A stretch of 64,000 bases of DNA from Patellaria atrata CBS 101060 (Eukaryota): the NCBI GenBank assembly GCA_010093705.1, contig MU006097.1, forward strand, positions 507,905 through 571,904, in the 5' to 3' direction. The translations under genes and the position numbers were made by a program. Shown here one piece after another: positions 12,369 to 24,071 of this stretch. Position 1 is the stretch's first letter, and every line of letters begins with the position of its first letter. A model generated the notes under the pieces. The model worked only from the letters and a program-made list of their open reading frames with translations. It did not search any database and had not been told where the DNA came from.

Positions 12369-15300
12369 TCATGCCGTACTACCACGTCCTCCAACCTTTC
12401 CAGCAGCCTCCTTCTGCATGTCTGTGAGCTTGATGTCCGGTAATGGCTTTCCCTTTCCTTCAACGGGAGGTGGCATGAAACCGGTTGCTACAAGATAAGC
12501 CAAGTAGACCCCCAACTCCTTTTCTGTAACCGCACTACCTGCGGAGACGTCCTCGCCCGTCCACTTCGCGTCGGCCTTCAATGCGGTTGCGGCATTCGTG
12601 TCGGCAAGATCTGGCGCCTTAGTACCACCAGGGAGATCGGAGGTTACCATGTCGTAAAGGGGTAATCTGATACCGAAGTTAGTGATGAACTGGGAAGAAA
12701 ACAGAAAGGGAGTAAATACAGAGCGTGGTCTTCCTTCTGCTGCTGCTTGCTGTTTCCAACATACTCCTCCATTCTCTGAACCCATTCCCTATACTCCAAC
12801 TCGGGTACATCATACCCATACCCCCTCAGCGCCGCGCCCATATCTTTAAATGTAATTCTCGGGTGGGCCGTCACTTGCGCCACACCCAATGGCGCCACTG
12901 GAGGGTTCAGCGTCGATGCTACAACGACCCTGGCAACATGTGTAACCGGAACCTGATTAATCGTATTCTCAATTTTAGGAGCTGCCGAAAGCTGCACGCA
13001 GCCCTTAAGGAACCGCACCAGGAAGTCGTCCGTGATAGTGGCTCCACTGACTGGATCACCAAGGATGTAGCCGGGTCTGATAACGGTGCCGTTCAAACCC
13101 CTCTTACCTGCCTGGCGTACGATATATTCGCTGGCCCATTTGCTCTGACCGTAGCCGTTTCCGAGGCCTTTTCTGCTCCCTTCTAGGGGGTCGGATTCGG
13201 GGAGTCCGGCACCACCGGCTGCGAGATTGTCTTCTGCTATCTTGACGATGGAATCGGTGTCTAGAACGCTAGTTGAGCTGACGAAGCCGAATTGTTTTGG
13301 CTTACCAGATGCGCAGAGTTCAAGTGCAGCAACTGTGCTGAGTACGTTTACGTTGCGGAGGTTTGCGTACGGGTAGATCCAGTGGACTTGTGCTCCGTTG
13401 TGGATTACTACGTCCACAGTCTCCTTGAGCTTTTCCCAGACTGGCTTCTCTACGCCAATGTTGAGTTGAGTGAGGTCACCGAGAACACAGGAGATTCGGG
13501 TTCGCCAGGCTTCATCCCAGACGCCGTACGCACCGCAAGTTCTAATGATTCTTTCTAGGGCTGTAGCTTCATCTTTAGCCCTGACGTGTGCAAAAACTTT
13601 TACACCTGGTCTTAGGAGAAGATCTCGTAAGATATATGCACCCAGGAAACCGGTACAACCAGTAACGAAAACACTGAGTTCGCCGGACGGGTCCAGAATT
13701 GCGGTCTGAAACTTCCGTGGTAGCTGCTGGGCCAATTGTTCCGCATCTGTAGAATAATCGTCGTCCTGATTTTGTGCGTTGTTCAGATCCTCAGCATTAT
13801 CAATCCGCAGACCAATTGGATCACGTATGCGATCAACCTCTGCCGCAAATTTTCGTAGTGTTGGATATCGGAATATTGCAGGCATTCGCACATCTGCTTC
13901 AAACTTCTTACGGACAGTACTTAACATACCCTGTGCGATCAATGAATTTCCTCCAAAGTCCCAGAAGTTGGAGTCGGGTTCCAAGGACGATTCGCTTAGA
14001 TCTGGTATTAGGTCTGCCCACAGCGCAGCAATCGCCTTCTCGGTGTCCGAAAGGTTGGCGGTTGCTTCCGCTGACCTCTTAGGAGCAGCTGAAGATAGAT
14101 TCGCAGGTGTAGGATAAGGGAGAGCGGGTTTATCGATCTTCCCATTTGGATTCAGGGGAAAGCGCATAAGCGGTACAAATACAGACGGAACGGCATATCC
14201 AGGTAATTTGGTCTTAAGATGCTCTCGGATATCATTCGTCAAGGACCAGAACTTCTTCAGCATTGCAGACATGCTCTCGTCCTCCGGTGCTACCTCGAGG
14301 CCATGGTCATTATGTTGAGTCGCTATCCACTTTTTGAATTGTGTGATCTCTGGTACGAAATACGAGACGAGAATGGGTTCTTGATTAGGTGTGCGTCGAA
14401 GAATCGTGACATTCTCACGCACGATCGGGTGTGCTGAAAGATGTTTGTCTATTTCACCAAGCTCTATCCGAAAACCGCGAATCTTGACCTGATTATCAAC
14501 GCGCCCGGTGCATGATACGTTACCATCAGATCCTCTGACTCCCAGATCACCGGTACGGTAAAGACGATCTCGCGGCCCTAAATACAACTGTCGCCACGGT
14601 TCAGGCGCTCCTTGTGCCTGAACTCGAGCATTGTCTTCTTCTACCCATTTTTTGGGATCGAGAAACCAATTTGCGACGAATTTCTCCTTAGTAACTTCTG
14701 GCAAGCCAAGATAGCCTTCTGCAAGGCCGGCAGCGCGGACATAGATCTCACCTGTCTCGCCTACATCGCACAATCGATTTCTATCTTCTCTGTCGACTAC
14801 TAACAGTTGAACTTCTTTCATCCCCCTTCCAGCGGGTACTATGTCACCGATAGTGTCGAGGAAGTTCGGATCAGAATTGCGGCTTGGGATCTCGTAGTAA
14901 CTGACGGCTCTGCTCGTTTCTGTGGTACCGTACATGTTGACGATGAATACCTGGAAGAGTTAGCTGCGATGGATTTCCTCTCCTATGCCAGAGTTGCACT
15001 CCTTGATTACTGTATGTTTACTATACAGATATCGGCGAACTGCCAATTCTAAAGTACAAACATACAACTGTCACCCATGCAATGCAGGTATTTGTACAGT
15101 TGATACATGGTTGTGGTCTCAGTACTTTGTATAGTAATGCCGGGATCTTACTCAGACTAACCGTCCAGTATGCCAGGCTCACCATGAAAAGGAGAAAAGG
15201 ATGGAACAGGAAAATGTACACTTACATTTGGAGCTAAGTCTTGGAGGCGTCGGCAATCCCTTTTGATCAAGATGTCCCCAACGAAGAATGAATGGTGCAA

Positions 15301-16453
15301 TGCTGGAAATTGGGTCTTATTCTGGCCACCAACCAAGATGGAGCCCATTGCTGGAGTCAAATGCGTGATAGTCGCGCCTTCTCGGTTGAACCAGTCAACT
15401 AAACTATCATGTTGTATATCTTCCCGACTCGGAATCAGGAGTTGTGCGCCTAAGAAAAGTGGGGTAAAGATATCTCTCTGGATCGGATCGTGTGCTATGC
15501 CACTAAGCATAGTGAATTTATCTTCCGAACTTAGATCGAACCGCTCCTTCATCCAGGGGTAATAGGACGTGAGACTGAAATGACGCCCTCTAACACCTTT
15601 TGGACGTCCTTCAGAGCCAGATGTGAAACTCAATGTCGGGGTACTATCAGGACCAACTAATACATCTGGCATTTCTGATTTGAAGGGTATTTGATCTTCA
15701 AGAGCATCTTTACCATCCACCATACCACCAAGTAGTTGGCCATTTGGTAGAAGTTCAATCGCAGGAATTTCCACTTTTAGATCCAAAGTGTCGTTGATGA
15801 AATTGCGCACAACATCAGAAAGAGGTCCTGCTTCTTCAGTAGCCTAGATTATGAATCAGCTTCCAAAGTACTTACACTTTTGAAGGTCATTATACCTTTT
15901 TCAGGATACATAGAGCTCTAGGTCTCGAAACATCGAGATAGATATTTTGTCTATCTGGAGGATAAAGGGGGTCAAGCACGGAGAATGTAGCTCCACTCAT
16001 CAACACACCCTAGTCGAGTCAGCGATTGATAACTTGATAATTAACAATCAGATTGTGAGTACCATGATGCATGTTGCAAGTTCCACACTTCTTGCGGCAT
16101 AAATCATACACACATCTCCTCTCTCTACTCCTGATGCTACTAACTTATGTGCAATTAAGCAACTGGCCTCGAAGATTTGCTTATAAGCTAACATCCGAAA
16201 ATGTAATCAGTCTAGTGTCATAGTGAATTGATTTTAAGAATACGAACAATATTCCCTTCTAGGCGGTCCAGTTTCGGTTATACAGAGCCTGTCTGGATGT
16301 TTCTTAACATTTTGGGCGAACACGTCGTGGATAGTGCCCTGAAATTCTGACCACTGAAACTTGTCAATTGAAGTAAATATTTGGGATAAAGGCTAAATGG
16401 TCTACCTTGAGATCAGACGTTGGATCTGGCAAAATATTTCCATTTACTGCCAT
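12369..16453 (-). CDS. LYS2: L-2-aminoadipate reductase (NRPS-like A-T-R enzyme), six introns including a 275-nt intron at 15225-14951
   Basis: Starts [23 protein letters not shown]-domain motifs [67 protein letters not shown]. Carrier motif FGGNS. Reductase motifs [11 protein letters not shown] and GYGQSKW. C-terminal GGRG. Confidence 0.93.
14951..15225 (-). other. Unusually long, structured LYS2 intron (candidate intronic ncRNA or cis-regulatory RNA)
   Basis: GTAAGT donor, GCTAAC branch and CAG acceptor. Three hairpins plus a closing stem read by eye (see findings). Confidence 0.55.
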
Positions 16454-16696
16454 CTTGGTTCAAAGTTTCTGGGGAGTAGATCTGACACAGACACAAAGAT
16501 TCGTGAGTGAGATATATCGGATCGCACAGGGCAGGGATAGGCCCCCAAAGTCCGAAAATTCCAATTGTTCAATATATCCTCAGAAAAATATCTTCAAAAA
16601 TAATGATTGCAAATCTGCACAGAGAACCTATTGAATTGTGAAACCAGTTTAGTAGAAATATAAGGAATTGGGTTAAGTTTTCATCAGAAATGTAAA

Positions 16697-16702
16697 TGAC
16701 TC
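16697..16702. promoter_or_regulatory. Putative Gcn4/CpcA (cross-pathway control) site TGACTC upstream of LYS2
   Basis: ATGACTC lies ~245 bp upstream of the LYS2 ATG. Amino-acid biosynthetic genes are established Gcn4/CpcA targets. Confidence 0.45.
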
Positions 16703-17079
16703 CCAGTGTCCCTTCACGTCTCGTCAAAATATAAAGTCGATATCGGAGAGATACGCGAGGGAAACGGCGGAGGAGTCGGAATTACGGACGGAACATGAGC
16801 CACTCCCGAGACATTATCACGTGATACACGTGGTGTTTGACATAGAACCGCCACGAATTGTGGCTGTGATGTTCTACCTTGGCCTCCGTAATCGCCAAGC
16901 TTCTTTCGGCTAACTAGTTGCGGTGAGCTGGCCTTGTTTCTCTCAGTAAACAACAATATAATAAGGGCGGACTCCCCTCGATTTCTTCTGAGCTATCCAA
17001 CATTCTCACAACCTACAAACTCTCTCCAACTCTACGATCAAGCAACAAGAATTTCAAAACAACACAACTCCTTATCAAC

Positions 17080-17264
17080 ATGGGTCTTATGTGGACGAAG
17101 CACTTTGGTGGCAGGCATGCTGGTGGAGGTACGTTGAAACGTCCGGATTGTTGATCGAGACCTATGATAGACTAACTATGCTCCTAGGTGTCGTCATCGA
17201 TAAGCATGGTCCTCGCAGAGCTCCCTTCCGATTCAGTATTGGAAGATTTAGCTGTTTCCGTTAA
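17080..17264 (+). CDS. Spliced 41-aa cationic microprotein of unknown function; exons 17080-17128 and 17188-17264
   Basis: TCAACA-ATGG start context, a C/A-rich leader and a TATA-like element at ~16957. Intron 17129-17187 reads GTACGT...ACTAAC...CTAG. Product MGLMWTKHFGGRHAGGGVVIDKHGPRRAPFRFSIGRFSCFR. Confidence 0.7.
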
Positions 17265-17876
17265 TCAGTAACTCTCTGGTTCGTAAGGAGAAAGGCGACC
17301 TCAAACCAGCTGAGGTTTGCTGATCAATTGGACTACAGCGAACGGTCTCTTATCTTTATTACCACACTCTACAAATTCTCGGTACTCCTCGATATCTCTT
17401 GATCAAACAATGATGGATTGATCCTGTTTCTGGTATTTGGCGGATCTTTTAGCAGGGCGTTACACGCTGATGGGAAATGGTAATTCCAGTGCAACGGGGG
17501 CAACGGAGGGTCTCCTGATGATATGATGTTTCTCTTTACTTCTCAGCATTCTGGCAGTATGATTAGAGCCTAATAGAGAGTATCTCTCAGATCTTTGAAC
17601 TTCCTATGAACCCGCCTGTGCATCGGCAGATTGTCAGTTAGCGCGATGCCCTCAACTTCAAAATTGGCCCACTCTTTTTTTCCTCTGATACTTGCACACA
17701 ACTGCCGAATATAGATAAGATATCCTAGCTAGTATGGCAAAGAGTCGCACCGCCACAGCCCAGAACCATTTACCCGAGGATTGAAGAAGTTTCTCCGATA
17801 ATGATCAGCAGGTCAAAAGATTTTGAACCTTTCTAGGAATTGTGAACACACCAACACATCACCACACACTAGCAGT

Positions 17877-18675
17877 ATGGGGCGCCAACGGTCCATTTTG
17901 ATAATCAACCCTAATTCCACAACGTCTATGACTGAGGGTCTTAAACCATTAGTCGAGGCATTGGAATTTAAAGATGTACTCTCGCCACCCTTTCAAGAAT
18001 GTCTTATAACTTCTTCACTAACATATGAGACAGACAGACCATGAATTCTTCACCGCGCCATCCGGGCCCAAAAGCATCAACGACGAAGACGACGCCGCCG
18101 AAAGCGCAGACCAGTGTCTCCCGCACCTCGAAAAGATAGTCGACCAGCACTCCGGCTTCCTCGTCGCCTGCTACTCCAAGCACCCGCTCGTCCCGATCCT
18201 CAAAGCGAACGCGCACATCAAGAAGGCAAGCAAGCCCGTCACCGGCATCTTCGAGGCCTCCGTCGCCGCCAGTCTCCAGCTCATCGCGCCGGACGAGCGC
18301 TTCGGCATCGTCTCCACCGGCAAGGTATGGGAGCAGATCCTAACGGACGCCATAGCGGAGTTTCTGGGCACTCAGCCCGGCGGTGGCGACCGGTTTGCTG
18401 GTGTCGAGACGACGGGGTTAAATGCGACGGAGTTGCATGATGCGCCGGCGGAGGAGGTGAAGGATCGCATGAAGGCGGCGACGAAGAGGCTGGTGAGGAA
18501 GGGGAAGGTGGCTGCGTTATGTTTGGGATGTGCGGGCATGTCGGGCATGAATGAGATGGTGAGGGAGGCGTGCGTGGAGGAGTTGGGGGAGGTGGATGGG
18601 GAGAGGATTAAGATTGTGGATGGGGTGCAGGCGGGGGTGGCTTGGTTGGAGGGAGCGCTGAGGTCAGGGTTTTAA
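17877..18675 (+). CDS. DCG1: Asp/Glu/hydantoin racemase family protein (Dcg1-like), one intron starting at 17976
   Basis: ILIINPNSTTSMT, APSGPKSIN, FLVACYSKHPLV, VTGIFEAS and CLGCAGM (two catalytic Cys), plus IVDGVQAG. Confidence 0.88.
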
Positions 18676-18730
18676 GAGGCAGAGGAATGATATGTAATAT
18701 GCAGAAATGCGATCAAAGAGACGTATCATG

Positions 18731-19915
18731 CTACGCTACCTTCGCCACAGTTGCCTTTACAGACTCCTCTAATGGGATGAACCCACGGCCCGCAATCGAC
18801 TTGAGTAACTCTTCCGCACGCTCATTTGCTACCTTGCTAATATCATGCCCGAGTTCGGGAAAGTCATCGATGAACTTCTTTTCAGGATATAGTTTACGGA
18901 AGATAGCAAGGATTTCGTTCCAGTTATAAGGTTCTGCAAACGCAAATAAACGCTCCCCTGAAACGGTTGGATTGATCAGAGCAGCAAGATGGATTAGCGC
19001 TTGATCCTGAACTGCAATGTAGTACTCTGTAGACCTATGAGTACTGGTGGAAGTATATTGGAATTCCTGTACTTACGAGGAGGAATCGTTAGCTGCATAT
19101 CCACATTCCCCAAGAAGAGGTCCTTAAGCCGTCCTACTGTCGTTGGATAGCCTTGCTCCTCTGGAAACAAGACCTCACCAAAGTTGGCCGATGGAAGAAC
19201 TAGAAATTCGAAAATCAGCCCTTGGAACACCGCCCAGTTCAAGCTCGAGTTACCTGTGTTGAATGCAAAAGTAGCATTATTCTCCGTCACCCATCTGAAA
19301 GCAGCTTTCTCTGCTTCTACTTTACTGGTTGCATACACGAACACCGCACGATCCGTCTCGTACGGTGGAGGAGCCCACGCTTTCTCCGCTGCATCTTCAG
19401 CGTAAGTATTGCTATCCAAGGTCATCTCAACGTCAGGAATTGGAATACTAGCAGCCCATGAAGAAGAAGTATACACAACTGCTTTGACCGAGGGCTCTTT
19501 AGCCGCAGCTTTCAAGGGATTGATGAGCCCGGCGATCACAGCGGGAATAACCACATGAGGGTTGATACCTGGTGTGTGAGCAGTATGAATAATCCCGGAA
19601 ACACCTAGTACTGTTAGCGAAACCTCCTATAATATCATCTGGGACAGAATAGGAAGAATGTAAAAAACCTTTCACGGCCTCACCGTATGCAACAGCATCT
19701 GTGAGATCTTTAATGACGACAAGGTCAAACTTTCCAGGCCCATACAATTCGTCGAATTTATCTTTCAACCAAGCTGACCTTTTTCTATCTCTAACGCTTC
19801 CACGCACTTTATAACCTGCTTTCAATACTTCATTTACTATGTGGCTTGCAACGAGTCCGTTCGCTCCTGTCACGAGTATCCATGATCCAGGGGTTATTCT
19901 TAGCTCTGAGGTCAT
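18731..19915 (-). CDS. NAD(P)-dependent extended SDR (aldehyde reductase II/epimerase-dehydratase-like), multi-exon
   Basis: ILVTGANGLVASHIV...GYKVRGSVRD (Rossmann fold), VYTSSSWA and YATSKVEAEK (YxxxK). Several short introns; stop at 18731. Confidence 0.87.
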
Positions 19916-20995
19916 TTTGAAAGTCGTGGTAGACGAATGGGTGAATATGACATAAGAAAATGGGATTGATAACGAGATCCAGGTTTGAATTAGAGCGAGG
20001 CGTTGTTGAGATACCAAAACCGGGAGCACCTCCTGTGATTTATATACTGTTTCATCGTGCTCGGCCTTCGGGCTTCAAACTCTCCAAACTCTTCCAGTCT
20101 TCCTCTTTGTCTACGCGCTTCACCGAGCAGACATTATTTTCTCCAATCGGAACTCATGAATACGTAGCGTAAATTTTCCATGCTTCCAAATGTACTTATT
20201 AGTCCAAGGCCTTGATGAAGAAAGTAGCATACAAGTGTAATTTAGTACAATGATAAAACATATCTGGGACGAAAAGATGGAGATAGTTTAGGGCAAATTT
20301 TTAAAGCAGGTCTACAGCCGGCCCATTAAAGATCCCTGGTGTGCTTTGTCATCATCTTACTTGACTGTGGGCCTAATGTGTTCAGTTATTGAATTATTTC
20401 CCCCGATGAGATTGACTACAGAGGGAATGAGCCATATAATGCAAAGGCCACTGTTAATTTTTCTGTAAGTGTCTTTTTCCCTCTGAGATATTCAGCCTTC
20501 TCCCTTGAATAGAACTACAGCGAATGTCTTAGTCAGTATTCATGTGAAGGTAGCATAGAAATCGGCATGATCATTAGTCCATATTCTGCTATGTATGGAT
20601 ACAATTGAGGGCTGCTAACTAAGATCAATATGAAAGTAGAATCATCTACTAGCGTCTCTAGTAGGCAATTTGCTTGAGCTAACTGTGTAGAAAAATAAAA
20701 AATCTCGCTCATGGAGACTATTAAAACCTCATCCACGGTATGGGATCACGTCCTCTTCCTTGATCAGAATTGTGCTCAGAACGTATACACCTTATTGAAC
20801 ATATACTGGAGGGGCGGTGTCAGTCGAAGTATCAGGAGATTTAGGGTACACCCACATGGCCGAGCTAATTGCTCGATTAAGAGACTTCCGTACATTCTCG
20901 TGTTTCTCGTACGGTGCAGTCGAAGACAGTGTAAAATGAAAGCGAACATTAGGGAGTACAGAATGGATAAGAGAGTTAATGTCGGCATAAGTGGT

Positions 20996-22364
20996 TGATA
21001 AAATACTAGATCCATCCTTGGTCCATCTGCCCCATCCTGTCTTCTTCCATCCCCCAATAGGGAGTATGTCGAATCTACTGAGCGTTACGCCAGCTAACGA
21101 CGGATATTCTGAGTCTACGGATGTAAACGCCCCGTATGGAAGCGACAACACCACTTCTAATATCCGGCGATAAACGAAATCCAGTTCCAACCAGAGGTTC
21201 GAGGGATTCGCTCTTCCTATGGGACTGGCAAGAAATTCGCTGTCTGGATCAGGCGCCATCTGTACACGCAAATGTCGAAATGTTTTAATACTGCCCAGAA
21301 TGGGTGTAAGCTTGGTGATGTGGTTTGCCAATGGAAGACTGCAATGTATAAAACGATCGCAGGCCGGGGTTACTCGTATCACTACTCTGATTTCGGTCTA
21401 TTTGCCCCGTCCTTACACAGTCGTAACAGCATGTCCTCCAACGATTGAGTTGACTCTCTCCGTTGATACCCATACATCCTATAGGCCTTGAGCGATGAGC
21501 CTTCGTTGTACCCTAAATAAGTTCATGGTCTAATGTTGTGCAACCCGGCTTCCGGTGGTGAAAGATAATTAGGGACATAGCACTCGTCTGTCCTGGCACC
21601 ACTTGTCTTCGATTTATCTTAACGTAGTTCAAGATACTGGAACGCCCTATTGAATGCCCAATAATCACCTTCAGACCTGTTCGAATCCATAAGCGCAGCC
21701 ACCATATTGGGAGGTGCAACGAGAACTGGACGTAACGGATCTAAGTCATTGAAAAATCGGTTTCCACAACAATTCTAGTGAGCTATAGATGTAGTCTGTA
21801 TTTGTTGGAGAGTATTCCCTTGCTTGTGCATCCGCATGCGGAGTTAGACTCTTCACTTGGAGATTACGTTCGGCAATGAACCTAATTAATGGTCGAGAGT
21901 CCTTGTTCAATCGCGGTAACTAGCAGCGCGGCGTATTCATCATATGGAGATGGAGATCCTCATCTCCGACATATGCAAGCTTCCTGCCGTGGGATCTGTA
22001 GTTTTGGGGTTTGTTCGGGCCCCCATACATTGTCAAAAGCGACTTGAATACCCGGTCTTCATGGCCGCTACGGGGAACACGGTCCTTAAGATACTCAAGT
22101 AGATCAAAATTCCATCCATATCCACCCGTGTTCAGGTTCGAGAGTCACGCGAATACAGCTGAATAATGTCGCTCGGATAAGATTCCTCAGTCTCCAGCAA
22201 GTGAGTGACAGTGTCTTCAGTTGTTTGTTTTCGGAGGATGTCAGATCAATGGAAGGTACCTCAGAGAACTTCCCGATGGATGGCGGATCGAGATCTAGGT
22301 AAGAGAAGATGTCAAGAAGAATCTCATCAGGTAGGTTGAGAAGCCGGCTCACGGGTAATGTCAT
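20996..22364 (-). pseudogene. Decayed F-box-like gene
   Basis: N-terminal F-box-like LLNLPDEILLDIFSYL...LKTLSLTCWRLRNL ends at a stop after 86 aa. A downstream fragment (LRVQMAPD...IGRANPSNLWLE) lies in a separate ORF, with multiple stops and frameshifts between them. Confidence 0.6.
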
Positions 22365-24071
22365 TTCTGCACATCAATTGGATTCCAAAGAGGATAGAAT
22401 TGAATTAAAATATTATACCGGCAATCCGCAATTCTTATGTGAAAATCTTATCTGTCTGCCGTAGATAAGACGTAGGTAAATCGTCGTTAACATAGTAACG
22501 CGTACACTGTTTCAAGTTCGCAACACAACATACAATAAATATCTTCCAAGGAAAAAGGTGGGACTAGAGCTGCTTATTCTCTATGCCGCCCTAGCTTTCA
22601 GATTTTTGAAATGTTAGTTCTACGTTGTCTCAAATCTATCGAGCCACGAAATCACCGACTTTTGTCGATTTTGGTGAGGCGAGGGCCTTTTGGTGTATCA
22701 ATTATTTTGTGAACAACGTGGTAAGGTGTTAGAACTACCTTACCGTAAGAACTCACTTGTTGTCACCCGAGGGCATAGCGTCAGCTAATAATCTAAGGCG
22801 GTAATTGTTAAGCCAGAACGACTACGATGTTAGCTGACGGTATTCTCTCGAGTGACAACAACTGAAGTTTTAAGGTACGGTATAGGTAACGAAGTCAGGC
22901 ATAGTTCTACGCGAGGTCATGCCCTAGTTCTAATCCGTACTAGACTTATGTAGAATATTAACATCGCCTTGAAAACCACCTCAAGACTTCCCATCGTCAG
23001 CTCAGCTTTGTTACATTTCAAGGAATAAGATCAAAATAGTCGATGCCAGAGAAACCTAGAACAGATGTTTCCTTGGTTTCATTCATGCTTTCCATTTGTT
23101 TGTAGGATCTTCGCCTACTTTAGTTCTACTGGACACTCGCTCTCGGTGCGATCTCTGACTCTACACAGGGACATCGAAAACGTCCGAATGAGGTATGAGC
23201 ATTTTCATCCACGGGTGACTTGACTGTAGACATTTGATCTATGCTATGAATTGAACAGTCCGTCAATAGTTGTTCGACATGTATAGTTCTGTAGAAACCG
23301 GAATTTTCAAATGTGACTGGGAATGTGCTACACAGCATCAATATCAATCTAACTTTAACTTTGGGTTATTGCTAGCAAAAATCCTCTTACTCTCTAGACT
23401 CCGTTTATATATTTTACTATCTTTCCGTTTCACAGTTTATCGCTCCACTATTTCCATGTTCAAGTCTTTCATCTTGTCTATCCGATCATAGATAGTATTC
23501 CACTTTCTCAGTTGACATAGATCTGGCCCAATATTCATTCCAAATATGCAGAGACTGAGATGAATGAACTCAGTTTGATTCTTTCTGTGCACACTGGTAC
23601 TCTCCCCTCGACTTTGCCATAAGGAGAGATAATTATTTTCGGTTACCACAAGTCCACTCGGTGCTTGTACAAGTCAGTATATGACCAAGTTAAGAAAGAA
23701 TTTTACTCATTCGGAATTAGCACTTTAACTCTCTTGTTCATGTATAGAGGTTGTTGTACTAAATATTGGGTTCGCGACTGGCATACTGTATGATACTTCT
23801 TTAGAACACTGAAGCTCTTCAGACTACAACGCAAAGCTTAAAACTCTCGTCTCGCACTGCACATCTTATCTACAACATAACTTTCACAAGAGTAGATTAG
23901 AAGCGATCGAGTTCTGAAACCAATAATTACACCTTTTCAGCAAACCCTCGCAAGGAATCACCTCATGTCTCTCAACTGGAACTATTATTATCAAGGAGTC
24001 CGTTCTCCCTCTATCTATGCATTCTTCAAACCGATTTTCAATTAGGCAAATACCCATAGTACGTGGTCAAA

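Noticed and set aside
15139..15185. TPP riboswitch-like GGTG...CTGAG in the LYS2 intron
   Set aside because: Lacks CTGAGA followed by the ATACC/TGAT/TAAT...GCG core, and the gene is unrelated to thiamine.
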